A stretch of DNA of 64,000 bases from an uncultured Sphaerobacteraceae bacterium (lineage in GTDB: Bacteria > Chloroflexota > Chloroflexia > Thermomicrobiales > UBA6265), in NCBI GenBank assembly GCA_964461025.1, contig CAYWSE010000014.1, positions 1,094-65,093 of the forward strand, read 5' to 3'. A model generated the notes under the pieces. It did not search any database. It saw only the letters and a list, made by a program, of their open reading frames with translations, and had not been told where the DNA came from. Positions 37,598-46,685 of this stretch are shown here, piece after piece. Made by a program: the position numbers and the translations under genes. Every line of letters begins with the position of its first letter. Positions within the stretch are counted from its first letter, which is position 1.

Positions 37598-38376
37598 GCG
37601 AGCCGATTCTGAGCATCCGCGGGCTGTACAAGGCGTACGACCAGAATCTGGTGCTGAAAAACATCAATCTCGATGTCGCCGAGCACGAAGTGATCTGCCT
37701 GATCGGCGCGTCGGGGTGCGGCAAGTCGACTCTGCTGCGTTGTATCAACCTGCTCGAGGAAATCAACGCGGGGGTTGTCGTGCTGGCCGGCGAAGAGATC
37801 TCGCACGAGTCGCCGAACCTGAACCGGATCAGGCAGCGCGTTGGCATGGTGTTTCAGTCGTACAATCTCTTTCCGCACATGTCGGTGATCGAGAATGTGA
37901 TGCTGGCGCCGCGCAAGGTGCTGGGCGTCGGCAAGCGCCAGGCGGAGGCTGATGGGCTGGCGCTGCTGGAGCGATTCGGGCTCTCCGATAAAGCGCGAGA
38001 GTATCCCGACCGGCTCTCCGGGGGGCAACAGCAGCGGGTGGCGATCATTCGCGCGTTGGCCCTGCGACCGGAGGTGCTGTTGCTCGACGAGGTTACCTCG
38101 GCGCTCGACCCGGAAATGGTCGGCGAGGTGCTGGAGATCATCGCCGAGCTAAAAACGCTCGGCATGACGATGATGCTCGCCACGCATCAGATGGCCTTCG
38201 CCCGCCAGATCGCCGATCGCGTGGCCTTTCTCGACGCCGGTGTGATTCTGGAAATCGGACCTCCCGAGGAGATCTTCAATCACCCGCGCGAAGAGCGGAC
38301 CCGCCAGTTCCTGCAGCGGATAATCGGCGCGGAGCCTGGCGGGGGGGTGGTCGCGGCGCCGGAGAGTACACCCTGA
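37594..38376 (+). CDS. Amino-acid ABC transporter ATP-binding protein
   Basis: Walker A GASGCGKST, signature LSGGQQQRV, Walker B LLLDEVTSALD. ATGA overlap with the permease stop. The 616-aa ORF 36526..38376 is only real from here. Confidence 0.9.
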   Translation: MSEPILSIRGLYKAYDQNLVLKNINLDVAEHEVICLIGASGCGKSTLLRCINLLEEINAGVVVLAGEEISHESPNLNRIRQRVGMVFQSYNLFPHMSVIENVMLAPRKVLGVGKRQAEADGLALLERFGLSDKAREYPDRLSGGQQQRVAIIRALALRPEVLLLDEVTSALDPEMVGEVLEIIAELKTLGMTMMLATHQMAFARQIADRVAFLDAGVILEIGPPEEIFNHPREERTRQFLQRIIGAEPGGGVVAAPESTP

Positions 38377-38530
38377 TGGCGCCAGTCGTGAGTGGAGCCA
38401 ACGATTCCGGACTCGTCCTTCGTTGTGATAGCATCCCGTTCCAGTGAACGTAATCGAATGTGCTTCCGTCGCGACGGGTGAGGCGCCTGACGGTCGGAGA
38501 CGCGTGTGCTGACTGTATCAGGGGGAATCA

Positions 38531-39556
38531 ATGAGCGCCGTCACTCCTCAGTTCGAGATAGTCAAGGTTTTCGCATTCGACGCTACCGGCATCGCCGAGG
38601 GCTCGGTGTCGGGTCTTGCCGACGATGGCACGTTTGCGGGATTCGACCACGTGAATGGCAGCGCTGCGCCCGCAATCTGGGATTCGAGTGGCAACCGAAC
38701 GCTGCTCGACACGAGTGGGATCAGCTTTACGTCCGTCAACCGGAGCGTTCTGGTTCAAAGCTCCCAGCTCGTTGCAGCAAACCTCTGGAATGACGAGCCG
38801 AATGCATGGCCACGTTACTTCGGGGTTCGATGGCAAGGGGCAACCACGGAAGTGCTCGGCGGCACGGCGGTTACTGTGAACGATATGAATAGTGACGGGA
38901 AAGTTTCAGGCATCCGTGACTCGAATGTCGCGCATTGGGATTCAATGGGCTCGTCCGGCTGGATGGGCGTGAACAGCGACGCCGCAATGATCAATGCCTT
39001 TGGCGACGTCGCCTACTTCACTCCGCCGGTCGTGGACCGTGAAACGAATGTCAGGACACGACGGGAGCTGTCCGTCTGGAAAATGAACGGACCCGACGAG
39101 ATCCTGCGTTATCCGCCTGATCTCGACGCGCAGATCGATGCCCAAACGTGGAGCAACGAGAGTCTGCTCCGCTATTACGACGATGGCAGCGCGCTGGCGC
39201 ATATTCAGATCCCGTACGCAGAAGGGCGATATCGACGAACCGTCCGTTGCCGGACGACCGGAGGAGACTATATCGAGGGGTTAACGGGCCGAGGTGTCCA
39301 GATCCTGATCGCAAACAGGACCGGCATGATGCACGGCTACTCCTATGACGACAGCCAGCCGTTCCATCTCCGGAATCGCGCGATACATACAGTCTGGATC
39401 GACGGTGTCCCCATTCGATTTCTGCATCAGGTCACCAACGCGGCGGATTACTCGGACTATCAGGTGACAACCCTGAGTGATTCCGGTCGAATCGCCGGCG
39501 TTGCCCGGGACAAATCCACCGGCGCCTGGCACGGAGTCTTGTTCAACCGCAAGTAG
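38531..39556 (+). CDS. Hypothetical protein (possible HAF-type repeats)
   Basis: 341-aa ORF with repeated segments of type VNDMNSDGKVSG / LSDSGRIAGVARDKSTGAWHGVLF. No obvious signal peptide. Confidence 0.55.
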   Translation: MSAVTPQFEIVKVFAFDATGIAEGSVSGLADDGTFAGFDHVNGSAAPAIWDSSGNRTLLDTSGISFTSVNRSVLVQSSQLVAANLWNDEPNAWPRYFGVRWQGATTEVLGGTAVTVNDMNSDGKVSGIRDSNVAHWDSMGSSGWMGVNSDAAMINAFGDVAYFTPPVVDRETNVRTRRELSVWKMNGPDEILRYPPDLDAQIDAQTWSNESLLRYYDDGSALAHIQIPYAEGRYRRTVRCRTTGGDYIEGLTGRGVQILIANRTGMMHGYSYDDSQPFHLRNRAIHTVWIDGVPIRFLHQVTNAADYSDYQVTTLSDSGRIAGVARDKSTGAWHGVLFNRK

Positions 39557-39573
39557 TGGATGTCTGTTTCGTG

Positions 39574-39626
39574 CTGAATCGTCGACCGCTGAGGGCGATC
39601 GTCAGCGGGTGACGACAGCGATTCAG
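39574..39626 (+). terminator. Long imperfect nested hairpin after the orphan gene
   Basis: Outer stem ctgaatcg (39574-81) / cgattcag (39619-26), inner stem ccgctga / tcagcgg around loop gggcgatcg. No clear U-tract. Confidence 0.35.
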
Positions 39627-39980
39627 ACGACGAGCCAATCCGAGTCAGTCGGCTGCGTTTGTCGGAGGGCTCGCGTCGTACTTCGGCGCACCTCGGCGCC
39701 GGATCGGCGTCTCTGACCGGTGCAACAATGTCCGGACGCGACCGATGGAGTATCCGCTGTCGTCGGACAATTAGTGGATCGAATGATCGTTTGAAGGGTG
39801 GCAAGACACCTGTCAGTAGTTCGTTGAATTCACATCCGGCCAAGTAGCAAAGTATAATAGAACGCATGTACTTGCGTGACTGATCAGACCGCGTATCGAG
39901 AGCGATCTGATTCGAATCGTCTCAGACGAGCGTCAGGCTTCTCACCAAGTCTGGAAGGCAATCGATTGGAAACCGAGCAC

Positions 39981-40358
39981 ATGGAACACCCGGTCACAAT
40001 GAGTGGTTGGCTCGAACTTGCACTCGCTCACATAGCTGCCTATCTGAATGACGACGAGTACGCTGACCTGGATGACGTAGCCCGAGCCTCGACTGCGATC
40101 GATCGTGCGCGCGCTTTGCTCCCACCTGAACCGCCTGACTACCCCAATGTCTCGATTGATGGCGATGGACTGCCGGTTTGCGAGTGCGGAAGTCGGGAAG
40201 ACTGGAAGGAATTTGGGAAGACCGTCTATTCGCAGCGGTTCGATGGTGCTTCCTGGTTGGACTATGAGACGTTCGTCGAGGGAGATGTTCCCGAGTTCGT
40301 ACAATGCGCAGTTTGCGAACGTGAGTACAACTCATCTACGTTTCCACGACCGAACTAG
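39981..40358 (+). CDS. Hypothetical protein with putative zinc-ribbon (CxC...CxxC)
   Basis: The ORF extends to GTG 39876. ATG 39981 gives MEHPVTMSGWLE. Cys pairs VCECGS and QCAVCE. Acidic protein in a visibly AT-richer stretch. Confidence 0.45.
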   Translation: MEHPVTMSGWLELALAHIAAYLNDDEYADLDDVARASTAIDRARALLPPEPPDYPNVSIDGDGLPVCECGSREDWKEFGKTVYSQRFDGASWLDYETFVEGDVPEFVQCAVCEREYNSSTFPRPN

Positions 40359-40415
40359 CTGGTATGGAAAGCGCACACGGGGGCGCGCAACTACTGCGGT
40401 TTGAATTCGCTGGGG

Positions 40416-41360
40416 CTAACCCCGATTCCGCAGCCGCGGGTCGAGGGCGTCGCGGAGTCCGTCGCCGAGGAGCTGGAAGCCGAGGACGGTGAGGGCGATG
40501 GCGATGCCGGGAAAGAGCGCCGCCCAGGGAGCGTACTGCAGAAAGCCGTACGAGCCAGCGACCATCGTGCCCCATGAGGGGTCGGGTGCTTTGTTGCCCA
40601 ATCCCAGAAAAGAAAGCCCGGCTTCGGAGAGAATGGCGAACCCGAAACTGATCGACGCCTGCACGATCAGCGGCGCCGTGATGTTCGGAAAGACATGACG
40701 AGCCATCAGACGGCTGGTGCTGGCCCCGGCCGACTGAGCGGCCTCCACATACGCGGTGTTCCGCACAGTCAACGTGGCGCCGCGCACAATGCGGACAAAG
40801 GGCGGGATGTAGACGACCGAAATCGCCAGAATGGCGTTGGTCAGGTTGTTGCCGAGCACGGTGATGATGGCGATGGCCAGCAGCACAGCCGGAAACGCGA
40901 AGATGACGTCGGAGAGAAGTACGATCAAGTTGTCGATCCATCCCCCTTTGTACCCGGCCAGCATGCCCAGGAGCACCCCGACCGTGCCCGCGATGCCGAC
41001 GACGATTGTCCCAACCTGGAACGAAATGCGCGCTCCGTACAGCACTCGGGTGTAAATGTCTCGCCCGAACTCATCGGTACCGAAGGGATAGTCCCAGCTT
41101 GGACTCTGTAACCGGTCGGCGGAAAACTGTTCAGTTGGTCCGTGGGGCGCGATGGCCGGACCGATCAGGGCGATCAGGGCAAAAAACGCGACGATGATCA
41201 ATCCAGTAAGCGCCAGCCGCTGCTGCCGGATTGCAGCAAAGATGCCGGTGCGCCTGGATACGCGCTGAGTGGCCGGAGCTGCCGCCGAAAGCGTGGCAGT
41301 GTTGTCAGCGGATTCAGCGCTGCTGGTGGGCGGAACTGCGGTGTCGTTGAGTTGACTCAT
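40416..41360 (-). CDS. Peptide/nickel ABC transporter permease (DppC/OppC-like)
   Basis: ALIGPAIAPHGP near the N-terminus and the EAA loop YVEAAQSAGASTSRLMARHVFPN. Confidence 0.85.
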   Translation of the reverse strand: MSQLNDTAVPPTSSAESADNTATLSAAAPATQRVSRRTGIFAAIRQQRLALTGLIIVAFFALIALIGPAIAPHGPTEQFSADRLQSPSWDYPFGTDEFGRDIYTRVLYGARISFQVGTIVVGIAGTVGVLLGMLAGYKGGWIDNLIVLLSDVIFAFPAVLLAIAIITVLGNNLTNAILAISVVYIPPFVRIVRGATLTVRNTAYVEAAQSAGASTSRLMARHVFPNITAPLIVQASISFGFAILSEAGLSFLGLGNKAPDPSWGTMVAGSYGFLQYAPWAALFPGIAIALTVLGFQLLGDGLRDALDPRLRNRG

Positions 41361-41369
41361 GGCACTGCG

Positions 41370-42320
41370 CTATCGATGCCGCAAGCGCGGATCCATAAAC
41401 GCATACGAGATATCCACGATCAAACTGATGAGCACGAAGATCGTAGCCATCACCAGTGTGACGCCCTGAACGACGGGGTAGTCGCGCGTGGAGATGGATT
41501 CGTAGATATAGCGCCCGATACCGGGCAAGCCGAAAATCGATTCGATGATCACCGTGCCACCGAGGAGTGTTGCGAACTGGATGCCGATGACTGTGATGAT
41601 TGGAATCGAGGCATTGCGCAGGACGTGGCGGGACATGACCGTGCGGTTCGCCAGCCCTTTCGCCCTGGCGACGCGCACGTGATCGTGGGCCAGCGCTTCG
41701 AGCACCGCGGAACGGGTGTAGCGCATCAACACGGCGGCCAGCGGCAGCGCGAGGCTGATCGAAGGCATCAGCATGACCTTCATGTTGGCAACGGGGTCAT
41801 CCCGGAAAGGAACATAGCCAATAGGGGGTAGCCACTTCAGCTTGAACGAAAAGATCAACACCAGAATCGTGGCCAGCAGGAAGTTCGGCATCGATATGCC
41901 GATGAGTGTGCCGATCGTGGCGGCGTAGTCGATTCGCGAATTGCGCTTGACGGCCGCAAGCACGCCCACCGGAATGGCCACGGCCATCGCCATGGCCGCC
42001 GCCATCAGGGCGAGCTGGGTTGTCACGGGAAGGCGAAGACTGAGCTCCTCAGTAATCTCCCGGCGCGTCCGAAACGACGTTCCCAGATCGCCCTGCAGTA
42101 CATGACCGAGCCACCTGCCGTATTGCACGGGCAGTGGCTGGTCGAGGCCATATGACTTGCGAACCAGTTCGCGCTGCTCTTCGGTAATTCGCGTATCGGT
42201 GCCGATGACGAAGTTCGAGATGTCACCCGGAATCGCGTGAATCAGCGCAAAAACCAGAATTGAGACACCGAACAGCACGGGAATCAGCAACAGGAGTCTT
42301 CGGAGGAGATACCGTCCCAT
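41370..42320 (-). CDS. Peptide/nickel ABC transporter permease (DppB/OppB-like)
   Basis: MGRYLLRRLLLLIPVLFGVSILVFALIHAIPGD is the canonical N-terminus. Also HVRVARAKGLANRTVMSRHVLRNA. Confidence 0.9.
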   Translation of the reverse strand: MGRYLLRRLLLLIPVLFGVSILVFALIHAIPGDISNFVIGTDTRITEEQRELVRKSYGLDQPLPVQYGRWLGHVLQGDLGTSFRTRREITEELSLRLPVTTQLALMAAAMAMAVAIPVGVLAAVKRNSRIDYAATIGTLIGISMPNFLLATILVLIFSFKLKWLPPIGYVPFRDDPVANMKVMLMPSISLALPLAAVLMRYTRSAVLEALAHDHVRVARAKGLANRTVMSRHVLRNASIPIITVIGIQFATLLGGTVIIESIFGLPGIGRYIYESISTRDYPVVQGVTLVMATIFVLISLIVDISYAFMDPRLRHR

Positions 42321-42421
42321 GCTCGCCTCGCCAGGTACCGGGAAAGGAAATTGAAGGGCTGGACCAACGAGCAGTCATGCCGAATGCCCGCTGGTCCAAC
42401 CTTTCCGAGAGATGCGATCGA

Positions 42422-44071
42422 CTACTGATCGAGCCAGGTGACCCGAACCATCTTGTTCGATCCGGTTGGGATGTGCTCAAAGCCCATCACAAAGGTCTTC
42501 ATCGCTTCGTACTGCTGGCCGATCCAGAGATTGACCCACGGAAGATCGACCAACAGAATCTCCTGAACCTGCTGATAGATCCCGGCGCGTACGTCCTGAT
42601 CGGTCGAAGCTGCGCCCTGCGCCAGCAAATCGTCGACTTCAGGATTGCTGTAGGTGACGAAGTTGCCGCCTTCACCGGTCTTGAAGTTTTCGGTAAGCAC
42701 AGAGCCTGGATCGACGAATCCGCTGGTCCCCGTTACTGTCATATCGAAGTCTCTGTCGACATAGACGGTCTGACCCATGGTCCCGGTGTCCAGCAGGTTC
42801 ATCTCGGCGTTGATGCCGATCTGCCGAAGCTGCTCCTGAATCACCAGTCCGCCGTTTGAGATGTTGGTGTATTCGGCCCAGCTGGTGATGGTGGTGTCGA
42901 ACCCGTCCGGGAATCCAGCCTCGGCGAGCAGCGCTTTGGCTCCTTCGATATCCGGCGCCGGAATCTCCGGTCGATCTAGGGCCGCCCAGAATCCCTGTGG
43001 GAAGATGATGTCGGTGGCCGTCCCGAACCCGTTCTCCGCCGAATCGATCACAGGGCCGCGATCGACCGCCATGCTGATCGCCTGCCGAACGCGCGGATCG
43101 GTGAATGGCTCGCGCGTAAGGTTGAAGCCGAGGAATCGAATCTGGGCGATGGCATTCCCGACCAGCTTGATGCTTTCATCAGCTTCAAGCAGCTCGACGT
43201 CCAGAGAGGGAACGTACTCGATGAAATCAACGGCTCCCTGCACCAGCGCCGCTGTGCGCGCGGTGGGATTGGAGGCGATGATCATTTCCACTGCATCCAG
43301 GTAGGGGAGAGGCTGAATGAAGTAGTCGGCGTTGCGCTCTAGCTTGACATGCGTATTCGGGACGTACTCGATGAACCGGAATGGGCCCGAGCCGATTGCC
43401 ACCTGCGACAGATCGCCGTACTCCTCGATCACTTCCGGCGGGAAGATGATGCAGCTCGAGTTCGCCAGGTTGGAGAGATGCGCGGCATCCGGAGCGGAAA
43501 GCGTCATGACGACGGTATATGGATCAGCCGCTTCGATTGTGTCAACGGCGGCGAGGTCCGAAGCGCTGGGCGACGCTGTTGCTGGATCCATCAGCCGCTC
43601 AAGACTGAATTTGACATCCTCGGCCGTGACCTCGCGACCATTGTGGAAGAGCACACCCTGATGGAGATGGAATGTGTAGACCAGTCCGTCTTCCGAAATC
43701 TCCCACGACTCGGCGAGGTCGGGCGCGACCGACATGTCTGGCTGAATCCAGGTCAGACCGCTGTAAATGTGCTCAACAACGTGCCAGGCGGCGGTCAGCG
43801 ATTGCAGCTGAGTGTCCAGGACGCCAGGATCAGACTGCATCCCCATGCGCAGCGTGCCGCCTGCGACTGGCTCAGCATCCTGGGCCATGGTGCGCAGCGC
43901 CGGATGGAGCATTGGGGCGGCGCCCAGTGCACCAGCGGCAACAGCGCCACCGACTGCCGTGCGCTTGACGGCATCGCGGCGAGTAATCTTGCCGGCCAGA
44001 ATCTGCCGGAAGTAATACTCGAAGGCATCCTCCCCGGGTGCAGGTTGGTTCTTCGTTTCACGTGAACTCAT
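42422..44071 (-). CDS. Peptide/nickel ABC transporter substrate-binding protein (family 5), Tat signal
   Basis: TRRDAVKRTAVGGAVAAGALGAAP, then GGTLRMGMQSDPGVLD. Size 549 aa. Confidence 0.85.
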   Translation of the reverse strand: MSSRETKNQPAPGEDAFEYYFRQILAGKITRRDAVKRTAVGGAVAAGALGAAPMLHPALRTMAQDAEPVAGGTLRMGMQSDPGVLDTQLQSLTAAWHVVEHIYSGLTWIQPDMSVAPDLAESWEISEDGLVYTFHLHQGVLFHNGREVTAEDVKFSLERLMDPATASPSASDLAAVDTIEAADPYTVVMTLSAPDAAHLSNLANSSCIIFPPEVIEEYGDLSQVAIGSGPFRFIEYVPNTHVKLERNADYFIQPLPYLDAVEMIIASNPTARTAALVQGAVDFIEYVPSLDVELLEADESIKLVGNAIAQIRFLGFNLTREPFTDPRVRQAISMAVDRGPVIDSAENGFGTATDIIFPQGFWAALDRPEIPAPDIEGAKALLAEAGFPDGFDTTITSWAEYTNISNGGLVIQEQLRQIGINAEMNLLDTGTMGQTVYVDRDFDMTVTGTSGFVDPGSVLTENFKTGEGGNFVTYSNPEVDDLLAQGAASTDQDVRAGIYQQVQEILLVDLPWVNLWIGQQYEAMKTFVMGFEHIPTGSNKMVRVTWLDQ

Positions 44072-44345
44072 TGCATCACTCCTGAGCGACTAGCAGACCG
44101 GTCGGACACAGGGAAGCCTTCCCTCTACGTCGCGCGGGTCCTATCGATCACCGTGGGCAGCATGCCCGTAGTCCTGGCGGTGTTCGCCGAGATACGGCGA
44201 GTATAGGCGAGCAGCTAGCAAGTCTCAATTCTGATTCGTTGTAAAGAAAGGCGATTGTGGCAGGGCGCTGGTGGGTGATCGTGGATACTTGGCTCCCACG
44301 GAGATGACCGGACATGTTCGCGTCATTGCCGATACGATAGGAATC

Positions 44346-45152
44346 ATGATGACGATGACGCAAACGGGTCCTGACATTCGTACTGTGCAGGCCACGCGGT
44401 ATGTGACGCCGTTGCGCGAAGGCGGCTCGTTGCCGGCGATCATGGAGGCGGATGACGACGGGCTGTATGTCGTCAAATTTCGCGGCGCGGGGCAAGGACC
44501 AAAGTCGCTGGTGGCGGAATTGATCACGGGAGAGATTGGCCGCGCGCTCGGATTGCGTGTGCCTGACATGGTGATCATCGACGTCGATGAAGCGCTCAGC
44601 AATGCAGAACCCGATCCGGAGATCCAGGAATTGCTGCGAAAGAGCGCCGGAATCAACGTCGGCGTCGATTTTCTGCCCGGTTCGCTGGCCTTTACGCCGA
44701 GCGCAAAATCACCAATCGACCCGGAATTCGCGACGGCGGTCGTCTGGTTCGATGCGCTGTCGATGAACGTCGATCGCACGCCGCGCAACCCAAATATGCT
44801 CGTCTGGCATGGTCAGCCCTGGTTGATCGACCATGGGGCTTCGATTTACGTGCAGCACGTCACGCCTGACTTTGCCGATCGGGCAGGTTCTCCTTTCGCC
44901 CAGATCAGTGACCATGTGCTCCTGCCGTGGGTCGGTGACATTGCGGCTGCCGGCAACCAGCTCTCCGCTGTGCTGACGCCAGATCGCCTCGATGCGATCG
45001 TGGATATCGTCCCGGCCGAGTTGATTGGCGATGGAAGCGAGGCGGAGGTCGAGCAATTCAGGCAAACCTATTCGCAGTTCTTCCGGGATCGCGTGCGGCA
45101 ACGATCCGCATTCGAAGAGGAGGTGGCCCGTGCCCGGGCGAGCTCCCTTTGA
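44346..45152 (+). CDS. Atypical kinase, PI3/4-kinase/HipA-like fold (paralog 1)
   Basis: YVVKFRGAGQGPKSLVAELITGEIGRALGL (ATP-lysine strand plus helix), VVWFDALSMNVDRTPRNPNMLVW (catalytic DR..RN.N loop), WLIDHGASIY (metal-binding Asp). Start ATG 44346 (AGGA upstream). The ORF extends to GTG 44271. Confidence 0.65.
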   Translation: MMTMTQTGPDIRTVQATRYVTPLREGGSLPAIMEADDDGLYVVKFRGAGQGPKSLVAELITGEIGRALGLRVPDMVIIDVDEALSNAEPDPEIQELLRKSAGINVGVDFLPGSLAFTPSAKSPIDPEFATAVVWFDALSMNVDRTPRNPNMLVWHGQPWLIDHGASIYVQHVTPDFADRAGSPFAQISDHVLLPWVGDIAAAGNQLSAVLTPDRLDAIVDIVPAELIGDGSEAEVEQFRQTYSQFFRDRVRQRSAFEEEVARARASSL

Positions 45153-45561
45153 ATATGTCGTGCTTCGCATCATGCCGAGGGTCGATCGAGGCGAGTTCAT
45201 CAACGCCGGGGTGATGCTCATTTGCCGGCCGCACGCATTTCTTGGCGCCCGGACGCTTTTCGAGCCGGATCGGGTCCAGTCGCTCGATCCGTCGCTGACA
45301 CCGATCGAGCTCGACGCGATCGGGGAGCAACTTGCCCAGCTCTGCGCCATCGCGCATGGCGATGCGGCGGCCAATCCGCTTGCCGGACTTTCGATGAACG
45401 AACGATGGCACTTGCTGAGCGCTCCCGCCAGCACGGTACTGCAACCATCTCCTGTGCATACTGGTCTCTGCCTCGACCCTGCCGCAGAGCTCGATGATCT
45501 CTTCGTTGCCCTCGTTGCCAGGACCGATCCGGAAACGGCGGATCGGTTGCTGGAGAAGTAA
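45130..45561 (+). CDS. DUF3037-like protein
   Basis: GTG 45130 is preceded by GAGGAGG and overlaps the upstream gene by 23 nt. The N-terminus FEYVVLRIMPRVDRGEFINAGVMLICR matches my recollection of the DUF3037 signature. Confidence 0.6.
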   Translation: MPGRAPFEYVVLRIMPRVDRGEFINAGVMLICRPHAFLGARTLFEPDRVQSLDPSLTPIELDAIGEQLAQLCAIAHGDAAANPLAGLSMNERWHLLSAPASTVLQPSPVHTGLCLDPAAELDDLFVALVARTDPETADRLLEK

Positions 45562-45568
45562 GGGGGGT

Positions 45569-46462
45569 GTGTTGGCTCAACCGGTATCCGGAATCCGTGG
45601 ACGATTCAGGTCTGACGCCTCAGGCAGACGCGCCGACGACATTCCCCGACTGAAGGGCATGCAGGTGCATTCGGCGATCGGCAGAGGGCGATCGCGCCCG
45701 ATCGTGATCGAAGCGAGCGACGGTCAGCAGTATGTGGTGAAGCTGCGGGCGTCGGAAAAGACGGCTCGCCGGTTGATCGCGGAAGTCATTTGCTGGTCGA
45801 TGGCGTCTGTCGCCGGTATTCCACAACCGCCGATCGCGTTGATCGAGGTCGACGATACGATCGGCGGACTCGAATCAATCGGCACTGACAAAGCGACGGA
45901 ACTGGTTGAATCGCGGGGGTTGGTTTTCGGATCGCTTCAGATGCCGGGAACGGCGACGCTGCGACGCGGCGCCGATCCGCCCATGACCGCCGAAGAAGCG
46001 GCGGCGATCGTCTGGTTCGACGCATTGGTGCTGAATGCCGACCGAAAATGGCGCAACCCGAACATCCTCACGAAGGAAGGTCGATACTGGGTCATCGACA
46101 ACGATTCCGCGTTCAACCTGCATCACCGCTGGGCCGAACCAGCAAAGCGATCTCCCTATCTGATATCGCCGGTGAGCGGGCTCACCTGGTGGCAGAAAAA
46201 CGACAATGTTCTTTTACCGTGGGCGTCCTCAGTGGCGGACGCTGGCGATGAGATGGTGCGCCGGATCGATGATCGGGTCATCGACGATGCCGTCAGTGCG
46301 GTGCCCGATACATGGTTTGCCGATGGATTCCCGCAGGGGAGCATCATGGAACCGGCGGATGCCTACCGGGAGTTTCTCTGGAACCGTTTGCGACTGCGCC
46401 GGGATTTCGAAGCGAATGCCGATGACGCCCGGCGTCATGGGGCATGTCTGGAACGTGCCTGA
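45569..46462 (+). CDS. Atypical kinase, PI3/4-kinase/HipA-like fold (paralog 2, divergent)
   Basis: YVVKLRASEKTARRLIAEVICWSMASVAGI, IVWFDALVLNADRKWRNPNILTK and WVIDNDSAFN align with paralog 1. GTG 45569 is 7 nt after the upstream stop. ATG 45659 is an alternative start. Confidence 0.6.
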   Translation: MLAQPVSGIRGRFRSDASGRRADDIPRLKGMQVHSAIGRGRSRPIVIEASDGQQYVVKLRASEKTARRLIAEVICWSMASVAGIPQPPIALIEVDDTIGGLESIGTDKATELVESRGLVFGSLQMPGTATLRRGADPPMTAEEAAAIVWFDALVLNADRKWRNPNILTKEGRYWVIDNDSAFNLHHRWAEPAKRSPYLISPVSGLTWWQKNDNVLLPWASSVADAGDEMVRRIDDRVIDDAVSAVPDTWFADGFPQGSIMEPADAYREFLWNRLRLRRDFEANADDARRHGACLERA

Positions 46463-46482
46463 CTCATGATACCCAACCGTAC

Positions 46483-46508
46483 GCATCGACCTCCGTGTCG
46501 ATGCTTTG
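46483..46508 (+). terminator. Intrinsic terminator-like hairpin after the kinase cassette
   Basis: gcatcgac (46483-90) / loop ctccgt / gtcgatgc (46497-504), followed by ttt. 20 nt after the stop at 46462. Confidence 0.55.
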
Positions 46509-46685
46509 GCCCGCAGGGCCATGAAACTGTCCCATGGTCGGCAGGCTTCGAGAGAAAGCGGTCGAAACCGCGCGCAGTTGTGGTCTCACGCCGCTGCGCT
46601 CCTCCGCTCCGTTCGACCACAGGCAAACATGAAGGTTCTTCCCTACGAGCAAGGCCGTCGCTGCGCACCGTTTTCCTATGACAGT

